Shown: positions 27,184 through 36,804 of the stretch, in pieces
Position numbering within the stretch: position 1 is the first letter of the stretch
Layout: every line of letters starts with the position of its first letter
Assembly: GCA_963771275.1 (NCBI GenBank)
Contig: CAVYSW010000003.1
Coordinates: 640,001-704,000 of the forward strand
Length of the DNA: 64,000 bases
From: an uncultured Gemmatimonadales bacterium
Lineage (GTDB): Bacteria; Gemmatimonadota; Gemmatimonadetes; Gemmatimonadales; GWC2-71-9
Direction: 5' to 3'
Position numbers and translations under genes: made by a program
Notes under the pieces: generated by a model
Database searches by the model: none
What the model saw: the letters and a program-made list of their open reading frames with translations, nothing else
Told to the model about the DNA's origin: nothing

Positions 27184-29552
27184 CGATGACCGAGCGAGTC
27201 CGACGGCTGCGCGCCCAGAGCCTCGAGGCGCGGCCGGCGATCGCCTCCGAGCGGGCGGACCTCATCACGGACTTCTATCGCGCCAGCGCCGGCGATGCGG
27301 TGTCCGCGCCCATGCAACGCGCGCTGTGGTTCCAGGCGCTGCTGGAGCGCTGCACCATCCACCTGGGCGAGGGCGAGCTGATCGTGGGCGAGAAGGGCCC
27401 CAAGCCCAAGGAGGCGCCCACCTACCCCGAGCTCTGCTGCCACTCGCTCGAGGACCTCGATCTCCTCAACAGCCGCGAGAAGATCCCGTTCGACGTGAGC
27501 CCAACCACGCGCCGGGTGTACGCCGAAACCGTGATCCCGTTTTGGCACGGCCGCTCGATGCGGGACCTGATCTTCCGCGAGATGACCGACGAGTGGAAGG
27601 CCGCCTACGAGGCCGGCGTCTTCACCGAGTTCATGGAGCAGCGCGCGCCCGGCCACACGGTGCTGGACGACAAGATCTACGGCACCGGCATGCTCGACTT
27701 CATCGGCGAGATCGACGCGCGTCTGGCCGCGCTCGACTTCTTCGACGATCCCGAGGCGTACGCCAAGCAGCAACAGCTCCGCGCAATGCGGATCGGCGCG
27801 GAAGCCGTCATCCGGTTCGCCGAGCGCCACGCGGAGCGCGCGCGGGCGATCGCGGCCCACGTGGAAGACCCTGCCCGGCGCGAGGAGCTCGAGCGGATCG
27901 CGCAAGTCTGCACGTGGGTGCCGGCGCACGCGCCGCGCGACTTCTGGGAGGCGTTGCAGTACTACTGGTTCGTGCACCTGGGCGTCACCATGGAGCTCAA
28001 CACGTGGGACGCCTTCTCGCCGGGCCATCTCGACCAGCATCTCTATCCGTTCTACCGCCAGGGACTCGACGACGGCACGCTCACGCGGGAGCGCGCCGAA
28101 GAGCTGCTCCAGTGCCTCTGGATCAAGTTCAACAACCAGCCCGCGCCGCCCAAGGTGGGCGTCACCGCCGAAGAGAGCGGGACCTACACCGACTTCGCGC
28201 AGATCAACCTGGGCGGGCTCCGTCCCGACGGCTCGGACGCCGTGAACGACGTGACGTTCCTGCTGCTCGACGTGGTCGAGGAGATGCGGCTGCTGCAGCC
28301 GAGCGCGTCGATCCAGGTCAGCAAGAAGAGCCCCGACCGGTTCGTGAAGCGCGCGGCGCGCATCATCCGGACCGGGTTCGGGCAGCCGTCGGTGTTCAAC
28401 AGCGACCTCATCGTCGAGGAGTTGGTGCGGCAGGGGAAGTCGATCGTCGACGCCCGGGCAGGCGGCTCGAGCGGCTGCGTTGAGGTCGGGGCGTTCGGCA
28501 AGGAGGCCTACATCCTGACCGGCTACTTCAATATGCCCAAGGTGCTCGAGATCACGCTCCACAACGGCGTGGACCCCCGCACCGGCCGCACGATCGGCAT
28601 TCCGACCGGCGACCCCAGGACGTTCACGACGTTCGACGACCTCTTCGCGGCGTATCAGCGGCAGCTGCGGCATTTCGTGGACATCAAGATCCGCGGCAAC
28701 AACGTGATCGAGCGGCTGTACGCCGCCCACATGCCCGCGCCGTTCCTGTCGCTGCTGACCGCCGACTGCGTCGCGAACGCGAAGGACTACAACGCCGGCG
28801 GCGCGCGCTACAACACGTCGTACATCCAGGGTGTGGGCCTTGGCACCATGACGGACGCGATGACCGCGCTCCAGTACCAGGTGTTCGACCGCAGGACGCT
28901 CACCATGGATCAGCTGCTCGAAGCCTTGGGCGCGGACTTCGCCGGGCGGGAGCGCGTGCAGCAGCTCCTGCGGAACAAGACCCCCAAGTTCGGCAACGAC
29001 GACGACTGCGCGGACGGCGTGATGCGCCGCCTGTTCGACGCGTACTTCGACGCGATCGACGGGCGGCCCAACACCAAGGGCGGCCGCTACCGCATCAACC
29101 TGCTCCCCACGACCGTGCACGTGTACTTCGGCTCCGTGGTGGGGGCGACGCCCGACGGGCGCCGGGCCGCGACCCCGCTGTCGGAGGGGATCTCGCCGGT
29201 GCAGGGGGCGGACCGGCACGGGCCCACGGCGGTGCTCAAGTCGGCGGCCAAGATGGATCACGTGCGGACCGGCGGCACGCTGCTCAATCAGAAGCTCACC
29301 CCCCGGCTGCTCGACGGTGACGAGGGGCTTGACCGGCTCGTGCAGCTGGTGCGCACCTACTTTCGGCTCGACGGCCACCACGTCCAGTTCAACGTGGTGG
29401 ACGCCGCGACGCTCCGGGCGGCGCAGGAGCATCCGGAGGAGCACCGCGACCTGATCGTGCGGGTGGCGGGCTACAGCGACTATTTTTGCGACCTAGGCCG
29501 CGCGCTCCAGGACGAGATCATCGCCCGCACCGAGCACCAGGCGGTGGCGTAG
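27180..29552 (+). CDS. hypD: Glycyl radical enzyme, trans-4-hydroxy-L-proline dehydratase-like
   Basis: PTYPELCCH, TEFMEQRAPGHTV, NQPAPPKVG, ESGTYTDF, SGCVE, EAYILTGY, LPTT and RVAGYS match HypD motifs as recalled. Confidence 0.88.
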   Translation: MTMTERVRRLRAQSLEARPAIASERADLITDFYRASAGDAVSAPMQRALWFQALLERCTIHLGEGELIVGEKGPKPKEAPTYPELCCHSLEDLDLLNSREKIPFDVSPTTRRVYAETVIPFWHGRSMRDLIFREMTDEWKAAYEAGVFTEFMEQRAPGHTVLDDKIYGTGMLDFIGEIDARLAALDFFDDPEAYAKQQQLRAMRIGAEAVIRFAERHAERARAIAAHVEDPARREELERIAQVCTWVPAHAPRDFWEALQYYWFVHLGVTMELNTWDAFSPGHLDQHLYPFYRQGLDDGTLTRERAEELLQCLWIKFNNQPAPPKVGVTAEESGTYTDFAQINLGGLRPDGSDAVNDVTFLLLDVVEEMRLLQPSASIQVSKKSPDRFVKRAARIIRTGFGQPSVFNSDLIVEELVRQGKSIVDARAGGSSGCVEVGAFGKEAYILTGYFNMPKVLEITLHNGVDPRTGRTIGIPTGDPRTFTTFDDLFAAYQRQLRHFVDIKIRGNNVIERLYAAHMPAPFLSLLTADCVANAKDYNAGGARYNTSYIQGVGLGTMTDAMTALQYQVFDRRTLTMDQLLEALGADFAGRERVQQLLRNKTPKFGNDDDCADGVMRRLFDAYFDAIDGRPNTKGGRYRINLLPTTVHVYFGSVVGATPDGRRAATPLSEGISPVQGADRHGPTAVLKSAAKMDHVRTGGTLLNQKLTPRLLDGDEGLDRLVQLVRTYFRLDGHHVQFNVVDAATLRAAQEHPEEHRDLIVRVAGYSDYFCDLGRALQDEIIARTEHQAVA

Positions 29553-29572
29553 GATTTCGGCCCGCGGGCGTA

Positions 29573-29644
29573 TTCACCGCAGAGATCACGGAGAACACGG
29601 AGAAGGACTGAGCTGCAGTAGTCCCTCTCTGCGCTCTCTGTGGT
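29573..29644. repeat. REP-like imperfect palindrome (CACCGCAGAG family), copy 2
   Basis: ttcaccgcagagatcacggagaacacggag...ctctctgcgctctctgtggt, just after the hypD stop. Confidence 0.6.
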
Positions 29645-29661
29645 AGACCCGCGGAGCTGAC

Positions 29662-30366
29662 ATGTACGACACCGGCCTGACGTCGCGCGTCGCGCGCGCC
29701 GACGGCCCCATCCGCGCCGTGCTGTTCGACCTGGACGGGACGCTCGTCAACACGTGGGCGTTGTATCTCGAGTCCTATCTCAGGACACTCGAGCCGTATG
29801 CGGGCCGGCGGCTGTCGCTCGACGAGCTTCGCGCGCTGCACCCCAGCTCGGAGATGCGCGCGCTGCACAGTCTGGTGCCGGCCGAGGAGGTCCCACAGGC
29901 CCACGCCACCCTGCTCGAGCACTACCGGACGCTGCACGACGAGCTGTTCGCCGGCGTGTACCCGGGGGTCGCCGCCATGCTGGACGGCCTGCGCCAGAAG
30001 GGACTCCCGCTCGGCATCGTGACGGGGAAGAGCCGCGGCGCGTGGGACATCACCCGCGAGCAGTCGGGACTGGGCGATTTCGCGGTGTTCGTGGGCGACG
30101 ACGACGTGGCGGAGGCGAAGCCGTCCCCTGAGGGGCTGCGCCTGGCGCTCCGCCGACTCAACCTGCCGGCTGACGACGCGCTCTACGTGGGCGATGCGAT
30201 CCCGGATGCCACCGCCGCGCGCGATGCCGGCGTGCGCTTTGCCGCGGCGCTCTGGGCCAAGCGCTCGGGCGACGTCCCCGAGTTTCTGCGGCGGGTGCGC
30301 GAGGTGGGCGCGTGGGCCGAGCTACCCGAGCCCGGGAGCCTGTTGGAGGTGCTGGAAACGGAGTAA
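29662..30366 (+). CDS. HAD superfamily hydrolase
   Basis: FDLDGTL, IVTGK, KPSPEG and YVGD. Confidence 0.9.
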   Translation: MYDTGLTSRVARADGPIRAVLFDLDGTLVNTWALYLESYLRTLEPYAGRRLSLDELRALHPSSEMRALHSLVPAEEVPQAHATLLEHYRTLHDELFAGVYPGVAAMLDGLRQKGLPLGIVTGKSRGAWDITREQSGLGDFAVFVGDDDVAEAKPSPEGLRLALRRLNLPADDALYVGDAIPDATAARDAGVRFAAALWAKRSGDVPEFLRRVREVGAWAELPEPGSLLEVLETE

Positions 30367-30483
30367 GAGGCCGCGAGTACACTCGCGGCCGGCCGTCGTC
30401 CTCGGCACCCGTTGCGCCCACCGGGCCGCGCAGTAACGTCTCTCGAGGCAGGCGATCGGCACGTTTCTCACCGGGGCGGCACC

Positions 30484-30846
30484 ATGATCGAGAAGGTCAA
30501 CCTCGCCGCGAAGTTCGCCCAGATCAGTGAGCATTGGCGCCCCAAGGTGGTGGGCGCTCTGAACGGCCAGGAGGTGAAGCTCGTCAAGTTCCGAGGCGAG
30601 TTCATCTGGCACCACCACGAGCACGAGGACGAGCTGTTCCTCGGCGTGCGCGGCCGGTTCCGCGTGGAGTTTCGCGACCACGTGGTGCAGGTCGGCCCCG
30701 GTGAGCTGGTGATCGTGCCGCGCGGCCTCGAGCATCGGACCGCCGCTGACGAGGAGGTCGAGGTCCTCCTCTTCGAGCCGGCCGCGACCCGCAACACCGG
30801 CAACGTGGAGCATCCGACGTTCACCGCGCCCGTCGACTATCTCTGA
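30484..30846 (+). CDS. Cupin domain protein
   Basis: GEFIWHHHEHEDELF and VPRGLEH. Confidence 0.9.
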   Translation: MIEKVNLAAKFAQISEHWRPKVVGALNGQEVKLVKFRGEFIWHHHEHEDELFLGVRGRFRVEFRDHVVQVGPGELVIVPRGLEHRTAADEEVEVLLFEPAATRNTGNVEHPTFTAPVDYL

Positions 30847-30939
30847 GCGACGGCGTGCGCCGCCCGCCGGACCGGGAGCTGGGGGCACCAAGGACACGGT
30901 GCCCCCCGCCGACGGGCGACCCCAAGAGGAGGACCGCCC

Positions 30940-31266
30940 ATGACCCATCTTCCCCGGCACCACATGGCGTGGCGGATGCTCCGTCACGCCGCCCCGCTGT
31001 TCCCGCTCATGCTCGCGTTCCTGGGACTCGGCGTCGCGATCTACCGGTTCGCCGACCACCGCACGTGGGCGGACGCGTTCCTCAACGCCGCCATGCTGAT
31101 GGGCGGCATGGGTCCGGTGGGCGACATGCACTCCACCGGGGCCAAGTACCTCGCGGGGATCTACGCGCTGCTCGCCGGCATCGTGTTCCTGGTCATGGCC
31201 GGCGTCATGCTCGCCCCGGTGATTCACGAGGGGCTGCGGCTGTTTCACTTGGAGAAGGAGCGGTGA
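30940..31266 (+). CDS. Small two-TM membrane protein (ion-channel pore-like)
   Basis: TM-DAFLNAAMLMGGMGPV-TM topology; GAGGAGG RBS. Confidence 0.7.
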   Translation: MTHLPRHHMAWRMLRHAAPLFPLMLAFLGLGVAIYRFADHRTWADAFLNAAMLMGGMGPVGDMHSTGAKYLAGIYALLAGIVFLVMAGVMLAPVIHEGLRLFHLEKER

Positions 31267-31781
31267 GCGCCGCGGGGGCAGTCGCGGTGGCTGAGAGGAT
31301 GGCAGACGCGTGGAACGCGCGGGACCTGCCGAGCTTCTTCAGCCTGGTCACCGAGGACGTCTGGTGGGATGACCCCGCCATGCCCGCGCCGGCTGCGGGG
31401 GCCGCTGCCGTACGCCGGTTCGCCGAGGCGGTGCTGCGCGCGTTCCCCGATTTTCACTACGCGATCCGCCCGCCGATCTGCGTGGCGCCCGACGGCAGCC
31501 GCTGCGCCGTGCCGTGGCGCATCTCCGGAACGCACGTCGCGCCGCTCGATCCGCCAGGCTATGCTCCGACCAACCGGCGCGCGGAGTTCGACGGCGTAGA
31601 TGTACTCGAGTTTCGCGGCGAAAAGGTCTGCCGCATCATGACGCTGTTCAACCCGCTCGAACCCGCCGGTCAACTCCTCGGCCTCACCCTCCGACCCCGG
31701 CCGGATTCCTTGCAGGAGCGGCTCGTCGTCGGACTGCAGCGGCTCCTTGCAGCATGGACAAGAGCCGCTCGTGCAGGGTAG
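31263..31781 (+). CDS. SnoaL-like/NTF2 ester cyclase family protein
   Basis: AWNARD, AFPDFHY, WRISGTH and PTNRRAEFDGVD; GTGA overlap with the upstream gene. Confidence 0.85.
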   Translation: MSAAGAVAVAERMADAWNARDLPSFFSLVTEDVWWDDPAMPAPAAGAAAVRRFAEAVLRAFPDFHYAIRPPICVAPDGSRCAVPWRISGTHVAPLDPPGYAPTNRRAEFDGVDVLEFRGEKVCRIMTLFNPLEPAGQLLGLTLRPRPDSLQERLVVGLQRLLAAWTRAARAG

Positions 31782-31853
31782 ATGGCGAGTGAACTCGCGG
31801 CTGGGGTAGAGCTGCCCGTCGCCGGCTTCCGCGGCGCGAGCTGCGATGCCCCG

Positions 31854-32555
31854 CTACCCGTACCGGACGCCAGGATAGAGCAGATTGACGAAGAACAGAA
31901 AGATGGGATTGAAGATCACGTCGAACACGCGCCACGCGACCAGGATCCCGATCCACACCAGCGCCGGCTGGCCCCAGAGGAACTGCTGGTAGCGCGCGGT
32001 CGCGCCCTCGCTCAGCACCAGTGGCACGGCGGCGCTGCCGTCCAAGGGCGGCAGCGGGATCATGTTGAACGCGAACAGCACCAGATTGAGCGAGAAGAAC
32101 ACGCTCACCACGAACGCGACCGCGCCCCACAGGCTTCCGTCGGTTGCCGCGGTGACGGAGCCAAACCGGATGGAGGCGGGCGCGTGGAACACGCCCGTCG
32201 CGGAGCCAACGCGGATCGCGACCGCGGCGAGCACCATCAGCAGGAGGTTCCCCGCCGGCCCCGCCAGCGCCATCACCGCCGCGCGCTTGGGGTATTGGAA
32301 CGCCCAGCGTCGATCGTACGGCGCGCTGGCGTAGCCCATGGGCCAGCCCGACAGCAGGACCGAGAGCAGCGGCAGCACCACCATGCCGAACGGCTCGCGG
32401 CGAATGTGCGGGCGCGGGTCGAGCGAGACCTGACCGCCGTGATACGCCGTGCGGTCGCCGCCCAGGAGCGCGGCCAGCGCATGCCCGGCCTCGTGCAAGA
32501 CGGTCGAGAACAGGAAGACCGCGTAGAACGTGAGCGCGCTGGGTATGTCCGGCAT
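31854..32555 (-). CDS. Site-2 protease (M50)
   Basis: HEAGH, ALAGPAGN and FNMIPLPPLDG. Confidence 0.92.
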   Translation of the reverse strand: MPDIPSALTFYAVFLFSTVLHEAGHALAALLGGDRTAYHGGQVSLDPRPHIRREPFGMVVLPLLSVLLSGWPMGYASAPYDRRWAFQYPKRAAVMALAGPAGNLLLMVLAAVAIRVGSATGVFHAPASIRFGSVTAATDGSLWGAVAFVVSVFFSLNLVLFAFNMIPLPPLDGSAAVPLVLSEGATARYQQFLWGQPALVWIGILVAWRVFDVIFNPIFLFFVNLLYPGVRYG

Positions 32556-33168
32556 GATCGCGCCAAGCTACAGCGGTGAACGGGCGCCCGGAAGCCGGAG
32601 CCCCCGGCCGCGGGCGCTCCGGATCCTCGCCGCGGGCGCCGTGCTCGGCGCGGGGCTGTGGTGGTCGGTCGCAAGCCTCGGTTTCCGGAGCCCCGCCTTC
32701 GCGCTGGCTGCCAACTGGCTCATCGTGGCCTGGGTCGCGGTCATCGGCTCGGCCATCCGCTGGCGCCTGCCGGACGCGTACCTCCGGCTCCGTGCCTGGG
32801 AGCGCGATGGGAGGCTCTATCGCCGTCTGGGCGTGCCGCTCTTCGGCACGCTCGTCCGGCACACGCCGCTCCGCACCCTCACCCCCGACGCCTATCTCAG
32901 CGGTCGGCCCGGCCGGATCGGGATCGTGCTCGAGCGGTCCGCCCACGCGGAGGCGGTGCACGTGTGGATCTTCCTGCTGGTGCTGCCGCTCGTGCTCTAC
33001 GGCGTCGTGCGCGGATGGTTCGATGCCGCGGGGTGGTTGCTGCTCGTGAACGGGGTCCTCAATCTCTATCCCGTGCTGCAGCAGCGTATGATCCGTGGCC
33101 GGCTCGAGCGCGCGCTGGCGCGGCGCTCTACGAGCCCCTCGGACTCCCCCACAAGTCCCCGACCGTGA
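32554..33168 (+). CDS. Membrane protein resembling the CrtO-like acyltransferase family; start uncertain
   Basis: WERDGRLYRRLGV, AEAVH and NLYPVLQQR..R.RL pattern; several TM helices. Confidence 0.6.
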   Translation: MIAPSYSGERAPGSRSPRPRALRILAAGAVLGAGLWWSVASLGFRSPAFALAANWLIVAWVAVIGSAIRWRLPDAYLRLRAWERDGRLYRRLGVPLFGTLVRHTPLRTLTPDAYLSGRPGRIGIVLERSAHAEAVHVWIFLLVLPLVLYGVVRGWFDAAGWLLLVNGVLNLYPVLQQRMIRGRLERALARRSTSPSDSPTSPRP

Positions 33169-34198
33169 ATCCTTCGGGGAACGGATCGTCGGCGTCGACC
33201 ACGTACTGGCTCATCCCGGTGATCCACGCGCGGCCGGTGATGGCGGGCACCACCGCGCGGTAGGGCCCCACCGTCGTCTCGCGCAGCAGCCGGCCCGTGA
33301 ATGTGGTGCCGAGGATGCCCTCGTGCACGAAGTCCTGGCCGAGCGGCAGCGCGCCGCGCGCATGGAGCACCGCCATCTGCGCGCAGGTGCCCGTGCCGCA
33401 CGGCGACCGGTCGAGCACGCCGCCCACCGTGTCCGGGCGGCTCCAGTCCACCCGGCCGGTCGAGACCGTCACCGCGTTCTTGCGGTGGGCGCTCGCGACG
33501 GTGGGCGGCCCGGAGAGCAGCGAGATGCTCGGGCCGGTCACGCTCGGCGCCTCCGGATGCCGCACCGGGTACTGCTCGGCCGCCGCCGCGCGCAGCAACT
33601 CCCCCACGCGCGCGATCTCGCGGCCGTTCTCGGCCACGAGATCGACGCCCAGCCGCGCCGCGTCCGCCAGCACGTAGAACATCCCGCCGTAGGCGATGTC
33701 GGCGCGCACGGCCCCCAGCGTCGGCACCTCGAGCGTCACGTCGAGCTGCACCACGAAGGCCGGCACGTTCTCGAACGTGACGCCGGTGACCTTGCCGTCG
33801 GCCACGTCGCAGCGCACGCGGATCAGTCCGGCGGGGGCTTCGAGCACGAGCTCCGTCACAGGTTCCCGCGCGGCCACCATGCCCGTCTCGAGCAGCACGG
33901 TCGCCACGCAGATCGTGTTGCTGCCCGACATCGCGGGGTACTCGGTCTGCTCCATGATCACGAAGCCGGCATCGGCATCCGGATGGGCCGACGGGAGGAT
34001 CAGGTTGCAGCACATGGCGGGATAACCGCGCGGCTCGCGCAACAGCATCCGGCGCACGCCGTCGCCGTGGCGTTGCAGCCAGTCGCGCTTCTCGAGCATC
34101 GAGCGGCCCGGCACGTCGAGCACGCCACCGGTCACGACGCGGCCGGGCTCACCCGCCGCGTGGGCGTCGACGGCGGTGAGGACGCGAGAGAGGCGCAT
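33128..34198 (-). CDS. Proline racemase superfamily protein (Ser/Cys pair)
   Basis: DAHAAGEPGR, EPRG, MSGSNT and DRSPCGTGT. Confidence 0.92.
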   Translation of the reverse strand: MRLSRVLTAVDAHAAGEPGRVVTGGVLDVPGRSMLEKRDWLQRHGDGVRRMLLREPRGYPAMCCNLILPSAHPDADAGFVIMEQTEYPAMSGSNTICVATVLLETGMVAAREPVTELVLEAPAGLIRVRCDVADGKVTGVTFENVPAFVVQLDVTLEVPTLGAVRADIAYGGMFYVLADAARLGVDLVAENGREIARVGELLRAAAAEQYPVRHPEAPSVTGPSISLLSGPPTVASAHRKNAVTVSTGRVDWSRPDTVGGVLDRSPCGTGTCAQMAVLHARGALPLGQDFVHEGILGTTFTGRLLRETTVGPYRAVVPAITGRAWITGMSQYVVDADDPFPEGFTVGDLWGSPRGS

Positions 34199-34243
34199 GC
34201 GGGAGACTACTCTCGGACGGCCCCGCCGCTCAAGTCCCGGCGG

Positions 34244-34582
34244 TTAGGAGGGGCGAAGGGCGGCGAGGACGGCGAGCACCACGAGCGCGGCGCCGCAGAC
34301 CGCGACGGTCCGCGCGACCAGCTTGGCCGCCTGTGTCGCCGCCCGGCGCCGGACGGCGAAGCCGAGGCCTGCGGCGATCGCGGGGGACACCACCATCGCT
34401 GCGACCCTGAGCTGCGGCGACAGCCCCTCCAGCAGCACATCGGCCGGACTCCCGGCCCGGTAAACCAAATGGAGCAGCTGGCCCGCCCAGCACACCACCG
34501 GCGGCACGAGCAGCGCGAGGGCCAAGAGCGTCCAACGGCCCGTGCGGGCCGGCATGTGACCGGTCGGGAGGAGGATGTCCAT
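34244..34582 (-). CDS. Hypothetical three-TM membrane protein
   Basis: Three hydrophobic segments; an AT-rich CTTT-N8-AAAG operator-like site lies upstream. Confidence 0.5.
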   Translation of the reverse strand: MDILLPTGHMPARTGRWTLLALALLVPPVVCWAGQLLHLVYRAGSPADVLLEGLSPQLRVAAMVVSPAIAAGLGFAVRRRAATQAAKLVARTVAVCGAALVVLAVLAALRPS

Positions 34583-34985
34583 CTAGCGGAGAAATGTAGA
34601 GTACTTTGCCATGTAAAGCAAACGCGGCCCTTGGCACTTGCGGTGCAGCCCGGCGGGCGCGGCGCGCGGTGCCGCGAGCCTCAAGAGCGAAGCGAGTGGA
34701 AGGTGCGGAGCGCCGAAGCCTACGGAATCGTGGCGAACAGTGTGCGGCGCGAGCCCGGTCGAACCGTCGTCCCGATCCTAGGTTTCGGGCGTGACGTCGT
34801 TCCGCAGCAGATTGGCCGCTGAAGGCTCAGCTGGTTCGGTTGGCTCTGCGGCGCTCCGCTTGTGATAAGCTACGGCCCGTCCGGGGCGGGTCAAGATGCT
34901 GGTAGTGCCGGCCACGCCCTCGTAAGTTCACCACCGCAGGAAGAAGTCCACGATGACCCGCGCACCGTCCGGCAAGGAAGCTCCC

Positions 34986-35681
34986 ATGCCCACCGTCCCA
35001 CACGTCGAAACCCATTTCACCGGCAGCCAGCTCGTCCGCGACCTCGTGATCGGGATGTCCGACGGGCTCACCGTGCCGTTCGCCCTTGCGGCCGGACTCT
35101 CCGGCGCCGTGAGCGCCACGAAGATCGTGATCACCGCCGGGTTCGCCGAGATCGCCGCCGGCTCGATCGCCATGGGCCTCGGCGGGTATCTCGCGGGACG
35201 GAGCGACGCCGAGCACTACGCCGCGGAGCTGGCGCGCGAGGAGCGCGAGGTCGTCGAGCTGCCCGAGGCGGAGGCGGCCGAGGTCGAAGCGGTCTTCGCG
35301 GAGTATGGGCTCCAGGCAGAGCAGGTTGCCCCGATCGTGCGCGCATTCCGCGCGCGCCCGCGGGCGTGGGTCGATTTCATGATGCGGTTCGAGCTGGGTC
35401 TCGAGCGGCCCGACCCATCGCAGGCGGTGAAGACCGCCGGTACGATTGCCGCGGCGTACATCGCGGGCGGCCTGGTGCCGCTCGCCCCGTACTTCTTTGC
35501 GCAGACGACGGCCAGCGCGCTCGGCCCCTCCGTGCTCGTCACCGCCGTGGCGCTCGCGCTGTTCGGGTTCGTGAAGGGGCGGTTCACGACCGGGAAGCCG
35601 CTGCGCGGCGCGCTCCAGACCACCGCCATCGGTGGCGCCGCCGCGGCGGTCGCGTTTGGCCTGGCCCGGCTGCTCAGCTGA
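34986..35681 (+). CDS. VIT1/CCC1 family Fe/Mn transporter
   Basis: RDLVIGMSDGLTVPFALAAG, AGSIAMGLGGYL and FMMRFELGL. Confidence 0.93.
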   Translation: MPTVPHVETHFTGSQLVRDLVIGMSDGLTVPFALAAGLSGAVSATKIVITAGFAEIAAGSIAMGLGGYLAGRSDAEHYAAELAREEREVVELPEAEAAEVEAVFAEYGLQAEQVAPIVRAFRARPRAWVDFMMRFELGLERPDPSQAVKTAGTIAAAYIAGGLVPLAPYFFAQTTASALGPSVLVTAVALALFGFVKGRFTTGKPLRGALQTTAIGGAAAAVAFGLARLLS

Positions 35682-35772
35682 GCTCCCGCGGCGTGGTTGC
35701 GGCAGCCGCGACGGCTCGTGACATTTCGCGCGGCCGACACCCCGTTCTTCTGTGCAGGAGCCCCGCACACTC

Positions 35773-36576
35773 ATGCGCCGTCCCGCCGTCCTCTGGACCC
35801 TGGCTGTCATCATTACGCTCGCTTCCGCCGTCTGGCAGCGGCTCACCGGCCCCACGTATGCCGTGCGGGGAACCGTGACGGTCGGACAGGCGCCCGTCAG
35901 CTTCAGGCTCGAGCGCTCGCACGGGGGCCCGGGCGACCAGGAGATCCGGATCGCCGTCCCCGACACCGCGGTCACGGGAACGCTGCGGTTTCGGCGCTAC
36001 CCGACCGACGACCCGTGGCAGACGATCCCGATGACGCGGGCCGGCGACACGCTGGTCGCGGCCCTGCCCCACCAGCCGCCCGCGGGCAAGCTGTCCTTCG
36101 AGGTGCACCTGGCGCGCGCCGGTGTGGATACGCCGCTCACCAAGCAGCCGGTCATCACGCGCTTCAAGGGGAGCGTGCCGGCGTTCGTGCTGGCCCCGCA
36201 CATCCTCGCCATGTTCCTCACCCTGCTGTTCTCGGCGCGCGCCGGGCTCGGTGCGCTCGCGCATGACCCGGCGACCCGGCGCCACGCCTACACGGCCGTT
36301 GGCGCGATCCTGGTCGGCGGCTTCGTGCTCGGTCCGCTCACGCTGCACTACGCGTTCGGGCAGTGGTGGGAGGGCATTCCCCTGGGCTTCGATCTCACCG
36401 ACAACAAGACGCTGATCGCCGGGTTGGCCTGGCTCTGGGCGGTCTATCGCATGCGCGGGGGGCGCCCCGCGGGCGGCGCGATCCTGACTGCGGCGGTCGT
36501 GACGCTCGCCGTGTTCGCCATTCCGCACAGCATGTTCGGCTCGGAGATCGACTGGAAGTCCGTCGCGCGGGGCTAG
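35773..36576 (+). CDS. Conserved hypothetical membrane protein
   Basis: QRLTGPTY, LPHQPPAGKL, RFKG, DLTDNKTL and IPHS motifs; multiple TM helices. Confidence 0.75.
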   Translation: MRRPAVLWTLAVIITLASAVWQRLTGPTYAVRGTVTVGQAPVSFRLERSHGGPGDQEIRIAVPDTAVTGTLRFRRYPTDDPWQTIPMTRAGDTLVAALPHQPPAGKLSFEVHLARAGVDTPLTKQPVITRFKGSVPAFVLAPHILAMFLTLLFSARAGLGALAHDPATRRHAYTAVGAILVGGFVLGPLTLHYAFGQWWEGIPLGFDLTDNKTLIAGLAWLWAVYRMRGGRPAGGAILTAAVVTLAVFAIPHSMFGSEIDWKSVARG

Positions 36577-36680
36577 CGTGGTTTCGCGACCCCGGCTTCT
36601 CTTCCGGGACTCGGTCCGGCCGAGCGTAAGGCGTGTCCCGGCGGCCGGCCCGGCCGGGCGCAGAGGTTGACCCGCCCCCC

Positions 36681-36742
36681 CTAACGCCGCCCTAACGGCC
36701 CCGTTCTCTGCCCGTCCGACGCTTTTCTAACACCCTCTGACC
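36681..36742 (+). promoter_or_regulatory. Direct repeats (CTAACG) at 10-11 bp spacing upstream of the PP2C gene
   Basis: CTAACG at 36681 and 36692, CTAACA at 36727, CTGACC at 36737. Confidence 0.55.
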
Positions 36743-36804
36743 ATTGCTTCCCGCAGGCGTGGCGCGATGTGAGCGCCTGTCCAGCATGGAAAGGAGGCAC
36801 GGCC

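Noticed and set aside
34600..34950. attC site or MITE (11-bp inverted repeat at 34705-34715 and 34849-34859)
   Set aside because: No paired RYYYAAC/GTTRRRY boxes, no target duplication and no second copy; could be chance in GC-rich DNA.
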